From: Welwitschia mirabilis
Taxonomy: Eukaryota
Direction: 5' to 3'
NCBI GenBank assembly: GCA_051453625.1
Contig: JBOZIK010000001.1
Location: 978,144 to 998,143 of the forward strand
DNA length: 20,000 nucleotides
A program made the position numbers and the translations under genes. Every line of letters begins with the position of its first letter. The first letter of the stretch is position 1. Below are positions 9,519 through 20,000 of the stretch, piece by piece. The notes beneath the pieces are model-generated. The model had not been told where the DNA came from. It did not search any database and saw only the letters and a program-made list of their open reading frames with translations.

Positions 9519-12500
9519 ATTGTCCTTTATTTCTTAAGATATTATTCCAGAGGAAGATCCATCCTAACATCCTTTATATTTCTTTCACCATTAGATAATC
9601 CTAAAAAATGTGCTTAGTACCTTTCACTTATCTGCAAATCCTACATTGCATTTTAATGCTAAGGATCCTCTGCCTTAGCCTTTCTGCTGTTAAGAACTTG
9701 CCCTTTATTAGCATCTATTTAAGAATCCTATACTTTTCCATTAGATATATTTTTAAAGATTTTATTAGAGAAATTTTAATGCCATATTTATTAATCATGA
9801 GTACTTTGAAAGTACATGGCACAAACTTGATTAATCATTAGTCCATACCATTCACTTAATAGAAAGCCCACCTGTCAAAATCTTCTCCAAAGCTTGAATA
9901 ACTTTATCAATTACATAATTTTTTATTCTAGGAAGAGTTTTTTCATTTTTTTAGTGTTTGATATTTATACCTATATGTTGCCTTAGCTAATTCTTAGTTA
10001 TTTGAATTTGTTCTAATTCATTTGGTATTTTATCATTGAGAATTCTAAAACACTAAAAAGAGATGTTGACTTTATTGATTTTCTACGATGTTTGATATTT
10101 AATCTATTTTCTAATCTTAAAAATTGAGGTCAAAAGAAAAAATTCCTCTTCTTTACATCCTAGTCTAAGTATTTTCTTCTTAAAATATTATTTCAAGACG
10201 TAATTTCCCCTACTTCTATCTTTAAGATTATTTTATTATAAGCTAGAAAAACTCTATTGTTAATATCTTAGATCCTCCATCCTTCTAGCTCTACAATCTT
10301 AGGAATATATTTCCAAACCAATGTGTGATGCCTACATCCTTTTTTATCCTTACTTTAGATAAAGCTCTAAATAATTCTATTAATCTATCTTTTTACTTAT
10401 TCTAGGAGGATTCTTGTGGCCATACTACATCTAGTTATGAATGAGAGAATTAAATTATCTAAAATAGTTTTTACCTTTTTAGATAAGAAAATAGATTTCT
10501 AATTATTACATCTCTTCTCAGGTTTTTGAATTAGTTTCTTCCAAGTTGTAACATATCTCTAATTGAGCATCAGAATTCATAAGTTGGAGTTATGCTTTTC
10601 TCCTTTATTTTTCCTAAAATTTTTCTAATAGCCTTTTGAAATCTATTCCATATGTGAGTGAAATAAGCTTTACTATTTAACTAGTTGACCTCTAGATCTT
10701 CTTCTCACCCAAACTTATCTAAGACTTGCTTAATTACTCTGATTTTTCTAATATTTATCTTTAAATAGATCACTGTGTCATCTATGAAGTGATTAGAAAG
10801 AAATTTTCTACTATGGATGCTAATATTAATTCCTATTGCTTCTTTTCCTGAAAGAAGTTAAGGGTAATTATAAATAATTAAGGATATATAAACAAGTAAG
10901 GAGATAAGAAATCACCTTACCTTAGTTCTTCACTTAAATAAAATAAACCACAGATTTTTTGGTTGATCTTTAAGCTAAATTTTACTATTTTTTACATGTT
11001 CAAAATAAGATGAATGAATGTTCTTGAAAATACATTCTGATTAAGCACCTATTCTAAGAAATGCCAAAACATACTATCATAAGCCTTCATAGTGTCTAGA
11101 TTTAGAATAAAGTTTTTCATTTTCATTTATATTAGAAATTAGAACAACTTATGATTTAAAATGATTTGGTCTAGCATTCCTCTTCCCTCAATAAATCTCA
11201 CTTAATTTGATCTTACTAATTTTAATAAGAGTGATCTTATTATTTTGAGTAGGAGCTTAGAAAAAAATCATTTAAGTTACATTATAAACTTTATTTAATC
11301 TATAGTCTTATTCTTGCCAAGCCTTTGTTTTCTTAGGGATCATTCTAACATTGGTATTATTCCATGTATAAGTCATTTCTCCTATTTTCATTACCTAATT
11401 AAAAGCATTTTCAATCTAAAATCTAAAATAGAACTAATATTTCCTAAAGAATTTAACCATCCATACATCCTATATAAGACATTTACTATTCTTCATTTGA
11501 GTGAAAACACTCTAAATCTCATTTTAATTAGTTAAATTCAAAATATCTTCTTCTCTTCAAGATTGTCTGCATGTGATTGACATGTTTGTTTATTCTTTTA
11601 CTTACCAAAGCTCCTAAAGACTATTAATAAAGGATTTTGATATATCCTTTCATAATTTGATTTCTTCTTTCTTCTACATCATAGTAATTTTATTTTATTG
11701 CCTTCTTTAACTAACTATATTAAAGAAAAAATTGGTATGCTTATCTCTATATTTGAGCCAATTAATATGGTCTCTTTATCTTTAGTAAACATCCTTCTAG
11801 AATTTCAAGGCATGTAATTTCTAAGGCTTTTATCATTATTCCCATGGAGGTCCTCTCTATTTTTTTTACATTTCTTGAATTACTCTGAGTTCTGATTTGA
11901 TTATCTCCTTTCTATTAAATTTTTGCCTTTATTAATTGCTTCAATCCTTTAGTCAAGACTTCAAGATGCTTAGATTTTGATTCAAGGCTAAGATTGGGTA
12001 TCCTTAGGACTTCTGATAGTTATGGTAGATAAAATCTTCTATTTCTTCCTCATTAAGTAATATCAATTCAAAAGAAAATTAACTGTGTTTTAATTTCTTC
12101 TCATCTAATGTTAAGATGATTAGTTTGTGACTTGAAAACCATCTATCCTTTCCTTATAGCCTACATTTTTTTTGGGAAATCATAAATTTGGGATTAGAGA
12201 TCTATCTATCTTACTTGAAATTTAGTTTTATATCTCCCTTCTATTAGACCTAGTGTACTAAAGTGTATGCAAATAAAGGTTGATTAGATTAAGATTAGAA
12301 ATAAAGTCATCTAGTTCCTATGCACTAGTTAGGTTCTAGTTTAATCCTTATTACTTATTCTACTCAAAATGAGTTTGGTTTAAGTACCTAAATCATGTAC
12401 TTCTTGATTTTTTACTTTTCCTCTTTTCCTAACTTCCTACAAGGTATATAGATTAGCTATCCACCAATTTTTGATGCTCAAAATTTGATACCATCTTAGA

Positions 12501-12743
12501 TTTCTTAATTCTTTGTATCTTGAGGTTTTTATTAAATAGGGTAACAAGAGCTCTTGCTAAGCCTAAACTAGGAGTAATATAAATTTTCTAATTTATTTAA
12601 AATCTAAAAAACATGTATATTTGTTAAGTTTTAGTTTCTTGGAGACAAATGATGTTGATCTTATTATCTCTAGTAAAATCATGAAGTACCTAGATGTTGA
12701 AGGGTGTCTTAATGTCTCTAATATTTTAGCTCATGATATTCAT
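9519..12743 (-). pseudogene. L1-type LINE ORF2 remnant (APE endonuclease + reverse transcriptase)
   Basis: Minus-strand motifs: MNIMS*NIRDI (ATG 12743); IICLQETK (~12630-12653); SKIDR (~12200-12220); FSSHKLI (SDH motif, ~12120-12140); LNLDTMKAYDSMFWHFL (~11055-11105); LR*GDFLSPYLFI (~10890-10930); FIDDTVIYL (~10762-10790). Confidence 0.92.
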
Positions 12744-12759
12744 TTAAGATGCTCCTTAT

Positions 12760-13977
12760 TAGATTTATTAATATTCAAGAGAATGCTTTATAACCTAGTA
12801 TCTATATTTTTTAAGCTTCATTTTTTGCTTTAGAAAGTTTCATAGGTCTACCTATGTTTCCATCATGCTTTTTTTATTGCTCATGATCCCATCTATTTCT
12901 CTCAAGTTTATTTTCATCCTAGTCGACCTCAGAATTAGAGATAAGTTATTAGTAGATAAAGACTTATACTATTTACTCATTTAAGAATTTATTCTATCTA
13001 ATTTCCTTAAAATGAGCTTTCTATTAGTTCTTTCATCCTTACTAGATTTATGGGAGAAACTGGCTCTAGACATACTTCTTTACTTACTTCCAATTACTTA
13101 TAATTCTCATCTCCTCTATTTACTACTATAGTTGATTCTCCTTATTAATTTATTAGAGTATAAATTTTTATCTGTCTTTGAATTACTTTAAAGTCCCCAT
13201 CATTCCTTTTCCTAAACTTGTAAATCTTTCTTAAATGTCGAAGCTTTTTACATTAGGTATAAGATTTCATTAAATATGAGATTAACATATGCCCTATTTC
13301 CATACTATTCATAGGTATAATTACTTAACATAGAAGAAAAGTATAGGACATGTCCTACACCAATACAAAAGCTACAAGAAATGAATAGATTTTCATATTC
13401 AACTTCTATCATATTAGTTCCATGTTTATATAAAATCTTAAAATCCTCAACTATTTTATAAGTTCAATGTGAATCCATGATAAGATATTATTAGTGCTAT
13501 TTTAATTTCTTGTAAGGTTGTAAGATCCAATATAATCTAATCTCTAAATTATAAAGAAAGCTTCATTGTGAAGGATTAATTATAGAGGAATAGACTTGTG
13601 GCTCTTAATCTAACTTGTATGAGTAGCTTCTATAAAATTTTTCTATTTGATTCTAGTTTTCATCAAGCCAGCACTAACCCATGCACTCCAAACAACCATG
13701 GTCTTTTGGCCATGAAACTATTCAAATATTTCTCAAAGCTAAATCTAAAAAGGACTAGTCCTTAGGCTAGGGCTATTATCTACACTTCACTAATGCTGGT
13801 TCATTGGATAGGTACCCACTTCTTGATGACTTCCATGCTTAGATGAGGACCTGAAGAAATAAAGTAGCCAATAAAACTATACCTTAGATTTTCCTTTGTA
13901 TTAATATAGTGATTTAATACAACCCTAATCTTGAAATGCCCATTTTATTGAAATAACTTTATGGCCTGAGTGGCCAT
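12760..13977 (-). pseudogene. L1-type LINE ORF1 remnant (DUF4283-like domain + CX2CX4HX4C zinc knuckle)
   Basis: SFIGYF..KKWVPIQ* (~13800-13880), PWLFGVHGLVLA (~13668-13702), EYENLFISCSFCIGVGHV (~13348-13400). Directly upstream of ORF2 on the same strand; ends approximate. Confidence 0.82.
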
Positions 13978-14149
13978 CAACCTGGGATCTACCGAGGAAG
14001 ATTTCCTTCTATAAATTTTACAAACACTCCTACATCCTAAACAAACAAAAAATATAGAAATATTGAAAAAACTAAGTAGAAGTAAGGCCCTTCCTACATC
14101 TAACACAAAAACTATTAATCCTAACACCACAGAAAAACAATTTTAACTA

Positions 14150-14973
14150 ATTTATGAAGATTTAATTAGCTAAAAAATACAAACAAACTAAAATCAAAAA
14201 TTAAAATGCTTAAAGTATTTTTCTAAAATAAGAAATAAATAAGTTTCTCAAATAAAAACCCACTTGTTAACTTTAATAGCCAAAAGAGAAAAGGGTAATC
14301 TTATAGATCAAACATATTCCTTATCCAAAGCATGTTAACATAATTGAAAAATAGGAAAAACTCAAGTGAGATAATGTTCTCACTTATAATTAACATTTCA
14401 ATACATGAAAATGTTCAAGCACCTAGAAAATGCCATTCTATATCTAATCCCAAATCTCAAATAACTCTCAAAACTAATAAAGATGAAGAAGATCATATAG
14501 AAAGATTATATCTAAAGAACTAAAAAAGGCCACATTTCCTAAATGCCTTACAAACCCTTAGGAAAGTAATAACTTAAGGAAGAATACCTATAAATATTTT
14601 AAAATGTAAAAATAAATATTTTTGTAAATTCCATTTAGTAAATTCCTTCTTACATGAAATTTCTTAAGATATTTTTTATCATACTAAGTAAGTGTTATAA
14701 TTCCGAATGAACTTTTATCAAAGTTTGTAGATCCTAGTTTCCTAAAAATTTCATGTGTCATAGGAAATAAGAGAATCTATAAAACCTTATTAAACTTGAT
14801 AGCTAGTGTGGACATAATACTTTATTCATTTTACAAAGAACTTATATTCAAGGATTAAATAAAAGTAGGACAACTTTGCAACTTGCTAATTACTTAATTA
14901 ATATCCCCAAGAAAATAATAGAAGATGTTTTAATATAATTAGATAAATTTTACTACTAAATGAAGTTTTTTAT
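14150..14973 (+). pseudogene. Athila-like Ty3/gypsy gag-linker and aspartic protease remnant
   Basis: EKGNLIDQT; PHFLNAL; NVKINIF..IPSYMKFLK; DPSFLKISCVIGNKRIYKTLLNLIASVDII (decayed LLDLGASVN, ~14730-14820); TLQLAN..IIEDVLI*LDKFYY*MKFFIV (~14874-14977). Confidence 0.8.
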
Positions 14974-15252
14974 TGTTAGAAATATTTATTTTTATAGGAG
15001 TGGTTATAACGACTCCCTTATCTCTTCCTTATTCCTCTTCTATTCTCTCTCCCATTCTTCTCTTCCATTACTACCTATATTTAAGATCTCCTGATTTCCA
15101 TCTTCCACTATCCTATTCTATCTATATTTTATTATACTTTGAGGGTATTTAAACTCTTTCATTTGAATAAAAAATAGTGAGCTACATTTTATTAATTTAT
15201 CCTTTGCTCTTGTTGTCTTCTTTCTGGCTCAAGGATTTCCTGAAACCCTTCA
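14974..15252 (+). repeat. Probable 5' LTR of a Ty1/copia element
   Basis: Ends ..CCCTTCA 2 nt before a Met PBS. Starts about TGTTAGAAAT where protease homology stops; contains CTATATTTAAG and AATAAA. The left boundary is uncertain because no partner LTR is in the window. Confidence 0.55.
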
Positions 15253-15254
15253 AT

Positions 15255-15266
15255 TGGTATCAAAGC
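15255..15266 (+). other. Primer-binding site (tRNA-iMet) of the copia element
   Basis: CA-AT-TGGTATCAAAGC. Confidence 0.85.
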
Positions 15267-15539
15267 ATAACATGGGAAGATCTTAAAAGAAGAAGAAAGG
15301 GCAAACAATATAACAAAAATGCCTAATAGAGAGTAAGGTAAAGAACTGAGGCCCTCCATTCTAGACACCCTTCTCTATTTTGTAATTTCTCTCATCCTTG
15401 ATGTGATTTCAGTTAGGAGCACTGTGCAATGTAACATAGAATTTGCGACCTTCACGTTTTTAATAAAATCCTCAAGTTATCATCTTAACTTTGATAGCAC
15501 TTTGCATCACCGTTAGGAAGAAGTGCCAGATCCGTAGTC

Positions 15540-15575
15540 GCAGCCACTACCACAGCCACAGCCACAGCTGTAGCC
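15540..15575. repeat. Short (CCACAG)n-like microsatellite in the copia leader
   Basis: GCAGCCACTACCACAGCCACAGCCACAGCTGTAGCC. Confidence 0.6.
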
Positions 15576-16480
15576 GTATTCATAGCTCTAAAGGTAATGA
15601 ATATAGGTATAGTTTTGAAGGACATTCAATGCACAAGCAGTAAAAGAAAACACCTGAATAGAATAACAATGAAGCACTATATCTAAGACAAACCATAACA
15701 AAAGAAGATCAAACCCTTGTTTGCAATTCCAACTTTTTTTTGGCATTATATCATTGAGAGGTCTTCAATTTGTGTGATTTTCTTATTTCCTTATCATTCA
15801 CAGGGATTGGTTATGTGAAATATATCCACTTCGGATTATCTTTTATTGGCCTTTAGTTGCATAACACTATCAGAAGCATGCTTACAAGGAAAATTTAAGG
15901 TCTATTGAATTATGAACCACAGTTATTCACTGCATTTTTTCCTTGACATCATTCCATCATTCAAGAATTCTATAAAGTCAGCCATGAAACTGCAGTGCTG
16001 CTAAACTTCTAAAATGATATTTAAGATAGGTGAGATATTTTGGAGGCCATGAGCTTTGACCCTCATTCATCTAAAACTATGAAGTCCTTTTCAATTCTCA
16101 TGTTTCTGTGATGCACTTCATTTTTTCTTTAGTAATTTAAAATAGAAACATCATAGATTGAGAAATGTTATTTTGTATAAAAAAAACCCAATTCTCTCTT
16201 TACTAATACTTTTCCCTCTATTCTAAAGAATTTATTTCTTTGCTATTTGTAAGACATCCTATTGCCTTTGTATTTGTAAACCAAAAAAGGGGAATAAAGG
16301 AAAGTTTTTTCTGGGAGTGTGATGAGGTGAGAGAAGCATCAAGGTAGAGGGAGTACATAAATGTTACTCTTTCAAGGGGCTCCATTCTTAAAACCTTAAA
16401 TTCTAAGGTTAAAAAGGTGAAAATTTACCAACTCCCATAGAGCTTCACTCAACAGGGTAATTTAAAGAGGAAAAGAGAAA

Positions 16481-16928
16481 ATGAACATATCAGAAAAGGA
16501 TATTGAAAAATACAATGGTAAAAATTTCCATTCTTGGAAAATCAAGGTGCAGCTAATCTTAATTCATAAAGGTGCATGGAAAGTTGTAAATGGTACAATA
16601 CCTAAACCAATAGATGCATCTAAAATTATGGAGTGGGAAATGCTATATCAAAGGGCTATATCTCTAACTGGCCTTGCACTTGAAGATAATTCCTTACACT
16701 ATCTTGATTTAACCAAGACTTCAAAGGCAAACTGGGAAGAATCATTTATTTGGTGCAAGTGGTCAAGAGGCTAAGAAAATATTGAAGAATAAACTTTATA
16801 GCTTAATGATGGATGAAGGCAAAGGCATGGATGAACATATAAACTACTTTCAATCAATTTTAACTCAACTTTCTTCTATCAATGCTAAAGTGGATGATGA
16901 TGATGCCAAAGCCATCTTACTTAATAGT
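16481..16928 (+). pseudogene. gag: Ty1/copia gag N-terminus (DUF4219 / Retrotran_gag_2-like), frameshifted and truncated by the gap
   Basis: IEKYNGKNFHSWKIKVQLIL..W..V.G..PKP..; after a frameshift LKNKLYSLMMDEGKGMDEHINYFQSILTQLSSINAKVDDDDAKAILLNS, typical of copia gag. Confidence 0.92.
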
Positions 16929-17028
16929 NNNNNNNNNNNNNNNNNNNNNNNNNNNNNNNNNNNNNNNNNNNNNNNNNNNNNNNNNNNNNNNNNNNNNNNN
17001 NNNNNNNNNNNNNNNNNNNNNNNNNNNN
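16929..17028. other. Assembly gap (100 N)
   Basis: Exactly 100 N, the usual placeholder for a gap of unknown size; the two sides belong to different elements. Confidence 0.98.
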
Positions 17029-17077
17029 TGCTGATGTAGTGTGTTCCTAGGTATCCCAGAGATGGTGCTAGGGACTC

Positions 17078-17828
17078 AAGTATGACGTCGAGCAACTATG
17101 TATTTTAAATATGATGTTAAGCCCCTAAGTATGATGTCGAGTCCTAAAGTATAACATCAAGCCATCAAGTGCAAAATCAGACCATCAAGTACGACATCAG
17201 ATCCCTTATGCTAGTGAGTGAAATAGGTGATTTTGTAGAGGCAATGAATGATTCCAAGCTTGCACGAGATAAGTGCAACATCAGGTACCCAAGTGTGACA
17301 TCGGGCTTTCAAGTGTGATGTGGTCACCCAAGTGTGATGTCGGCCACCCAAGTGCGATGTCATCTTTTCTTAGATAGGCAAATAAAATTGGTGATTTCTT
17401 TAGAAAATAGTGGAATTTGGGCCTGTGGAGGACAAGTGCAATGTCAGGCACCTAAGTGCAATGTCAACCATCCAACTGGTACATCGGCCACCCAAGTGTG
17501 ATGTTAAGCTTTGAGAGGCTTTGAAGTACTGCATAGGGTTTAGCAAGATCAAGTTCAATGTCAACCTCCCAAGTGTAATGTCAGCCACCCAAGTGTAACG
17601 TTGGCCTTCAAAGTGTGACAGTAGCCTCTAGTCTTATAACTAAAGTGAAATGTTAGCCATCTAGAAGTGTAATGTTTCCCTTTCAAGTGTGATGTCAACC
17701 ATCTGGGAGTGCAACATTAGCCTCTGAAGTGTGACATCAGCCTCTGGAAGTGTAATGTTGGCCATCTGGGAGTGCAATGTTGTCCTTCTGGGAGTGCAAC
17801 ATTGGCCTTCTAAGTATAACGTTAGCCT
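17078..17828. repeat. Expanded tandem array (~28 units, 20-22 bp) of the CAAGTGCGACGTCG motif
   Basis: Same units as 5643-6168, plus a run of ~21-bp units at 17640-17828. Confidence 0.9.
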
Positions 17829-18190
17829 TTTATTTACTTGTAGTTTAGGGCCTTCATTTTTTTAAAGTTAACTTGAGTAGTTTTACATTTAATTATGGTT
17901 TGGTTAAATATGGTTAACTATTTTTATGGCGTTACCTTAAACCCTATTCCACCGCTATAAATAGCTCTATGATCCCTCATTTTTTTCTTTTTTTTGTCAT
18001 GTGCCTATATAGTTAAATTGGTAATTCTTTTATTTATTCTTCCACTTATCTCTTCCTCTTTTACTTTTTATTTTAATATTTTTATTTTTCTTTTCTTCTT
18101 TTTTGTGTAGATCCTTTCATAACTTGCTTTTGCCTATAAATTTAAGTTTTGTCTAACATTTTTAAATGCACTTCTTCCTCTGGTTAAGGT

Positions 18191-20000
18191 ATGAATTCTA
18201 AACTTTGCCCTGTCATTTCTTGGAATTATACTAATGTTGGGTTTATAGAGTTGGAAATATATGAATGCACTTCGAGCAAGGGTTCTCTTAGATCTTTTCC
18301 TCTAATCTCCTAGATCTCTGTGGTTTTCCACACTTCCGTCTTCATCATTCTACTATTCTTTACATCTTAGACTCCTTGTATTCTTCTTTTAATCTAGATA
18401 CTGACACCATTATCCATCCTTGGCATGACCTAATTTAGATTTTGTAAGAGAGTATCAAGCTAGTCTTTGGAATAAGTGAAGGTAATAGAGTTTCTCCAAA
18501 AGTCTCTCATTCTAATGAGGACTTTTTTTACTTCTTGGTAAATTACTTAGATGATTTTATATGTGTGTAGAAGATGGATACCCATTGTCATGGGATTTCT
18601 ATCACCAATTTTACCACTCCATATTTTGTAGCTTATGGGGAGATAATTACTGATAGAGCTTTTCTTTATGATCAGGTGAATGAAATTTCCATCTATATAA
18701 TTTAATTATTTCCCTTTTTAACTAGTGAAGTTTTTTTTGATTAGGCCTCAGTTATCTGTTTTTATACTCTTTCTCAATTGACCCAGTTGAAGAGGAATGA
18801 TGATAGGGAAAAGTGTTTCTATGGTCATCTTTTATTAGGTTTATATTTTTCTTCTATAGGTCTAGAGGGTCTTCAACCATTTAGGGATATTTTTTTAGAT
18901 TCTTCTTATGTGTTGTATTCTTATGAGATTCCTGCTTGATCTTGCTTACATCCTCATTCTTTCTTATTTATAGAGGATGAAGGCTCCTGAAGTTACGACC
19001 CTAGAGAGACATCTTAGGGTACTTTTTCTATTTCATTTGAGATATGGGTTTTATTGAGAAATTTTACTATTAAGTATATTTTTGATAACTCTGGTTTTTG
19101 GCTTTTGATGTTTTACAGATGAGTAAAGTTTGGGATCTTGTGACTCTTTCCAACAAATATGTAGCAAAGCTCCTGTGAATTGCCTTATGCCTGTGGAATT
19201 AGAAGATGAGGAGGATGCATCCCTTAGCTTTTCTCAGTGACACCAGCCTTGTGGGGTATTATCATGTTATCATCTCTCTCCTCTTTTATTTCTCTTCTTC
19301 TTTTCCTTACTTTCTTCATTTTTTTTTGACATAAGCATTTTCTTATTTTTTTTAATTTCAGATTCCTCGTGAATAGACTTTGGTTGAGAAGGACATGGAT
19401 TTTACCCCATGGCCTTTGAAGAAGATCTCTCTTTAGTAGCTAAGAAAGGAGTGCATTACTGTAAGTAAAACTTTTTCTTTTGTTTCTTCCACTTGCCTCT
19501 TCATAGATTTATTATTTCCTTCTGAATCTTAAGGAGAAGGGGTACTTAATGATTTTGACACCTTAATGGATCAGGGGGATATGTCCTATTCTACCCCTTA
19601 TTTTCAGCCTTTAGGTTAGAGTTTTCCAGTTTCTTGCCCTTTTCTAGAGCCTCCTCACTACCCACTTGTAGCTCCACAACCTATTATTACCAAATAGGAC
19701 CAAGTTTCCTATCACACCAGTTAAATTTTATCAGTGATGGAGACTTTGTACCTTAAGGTCAAGGAGTTAATGGACTAGATAGGGGATTACTAGTTCCTTT
19801 TCAGTCTTCTACATGCATAGGTCATGCATCCTTTATGCCTAAATGATGGCTACACCTATTACCAATCTAAGACAAAAGATGTATCACGAGACTTTGAATA
19901 CAGTTGTTCTGCTTGTTTTACCCCCCATTGTTCTTTACAGTAAGAATGGCCTACTCCACTCTAAGATTTATACAATATGATGAATATGATAGAGTCGTTT
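18191..20000 (+). pseudogene. Paralogous antisense accessory gene, running off the window end
   Basis: An indel-free frame at 18301-19041 (SNLLDLCGFP..ESIKLVFGI..FD*ASVIC..CFYGHLLLGLYF) and another at 19362-20000 (MDFTPWP..METLYLKVKELMD*IGDY..). Most stops are explicable by single C>T or G>A changes. Confidence 0.75.

Larger units (their letters stand above)
17029..20000 (-). mobile_element. Second, diverged copy of the chromovirus 5' internal region (homologous to ~5600-8340)
   Basis: Colinear similarity in the same orientation, from the repeat array through the antisense ORF (e.g. 19981 TGAATATGATAGAGTCGTTT vs ~8318 TGGATATGATGAAGTTATTT). Confidence 0.92.

Noticed and set aside
14961-14973. 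TGAAGT at 14961 as the copia LTR start (partial inverted match to the CCTTCA end)
   Set aside because: Athila-like protease homology continues through this position to ~14975, so the boundary is more likely near 14974; unresolved without the partner LTR.
16865-17095. ORFs spanning the N run
   Set aside because: Artefacts of reading through the assembly gap.

Overview
AT-rich eukaryotic (land-plant-type) DNA made almost entirely of old, nested, pseudogenised retrotransposons; no intact host gene, RNA gene or CRISPR array is visible. A structurally complete Ty3/gypsy chromovirus-like (Tekay/Del-like) LTR element lies on the minus strand at 498-9518, with two LTRs, a tRNA-Met PBS, a PPT, a CpG-decayed 5-bp TSD and degenerate gag-PR-RT-RH-INT-chromo. 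It is inserted in ORF2 of a degenerate L1-type LINE (1-497 and 9519-~14140, minus). The LINE abuts an Athila-like gag/protease remnant (~14150-14973, plus), which is interrupted by a Ty1/copia element (LTR, PBS, gag; ~14974-16928). After a 100-N gap comes part of a second, diverged copy of the chromovirus leader (17029-20000). The most unusual feature is the ~3.6 kb between the chromovirus PBS and gag. It carries a decayed but reconstructable antisense accessory gene with its own TATA box and apparent introns (6535-8851), arranged head-to-head with gag across an array of 20-21-bp repeats whose core is the CpG palindrome CGACGTCG. All translations and alignments were done by eye.
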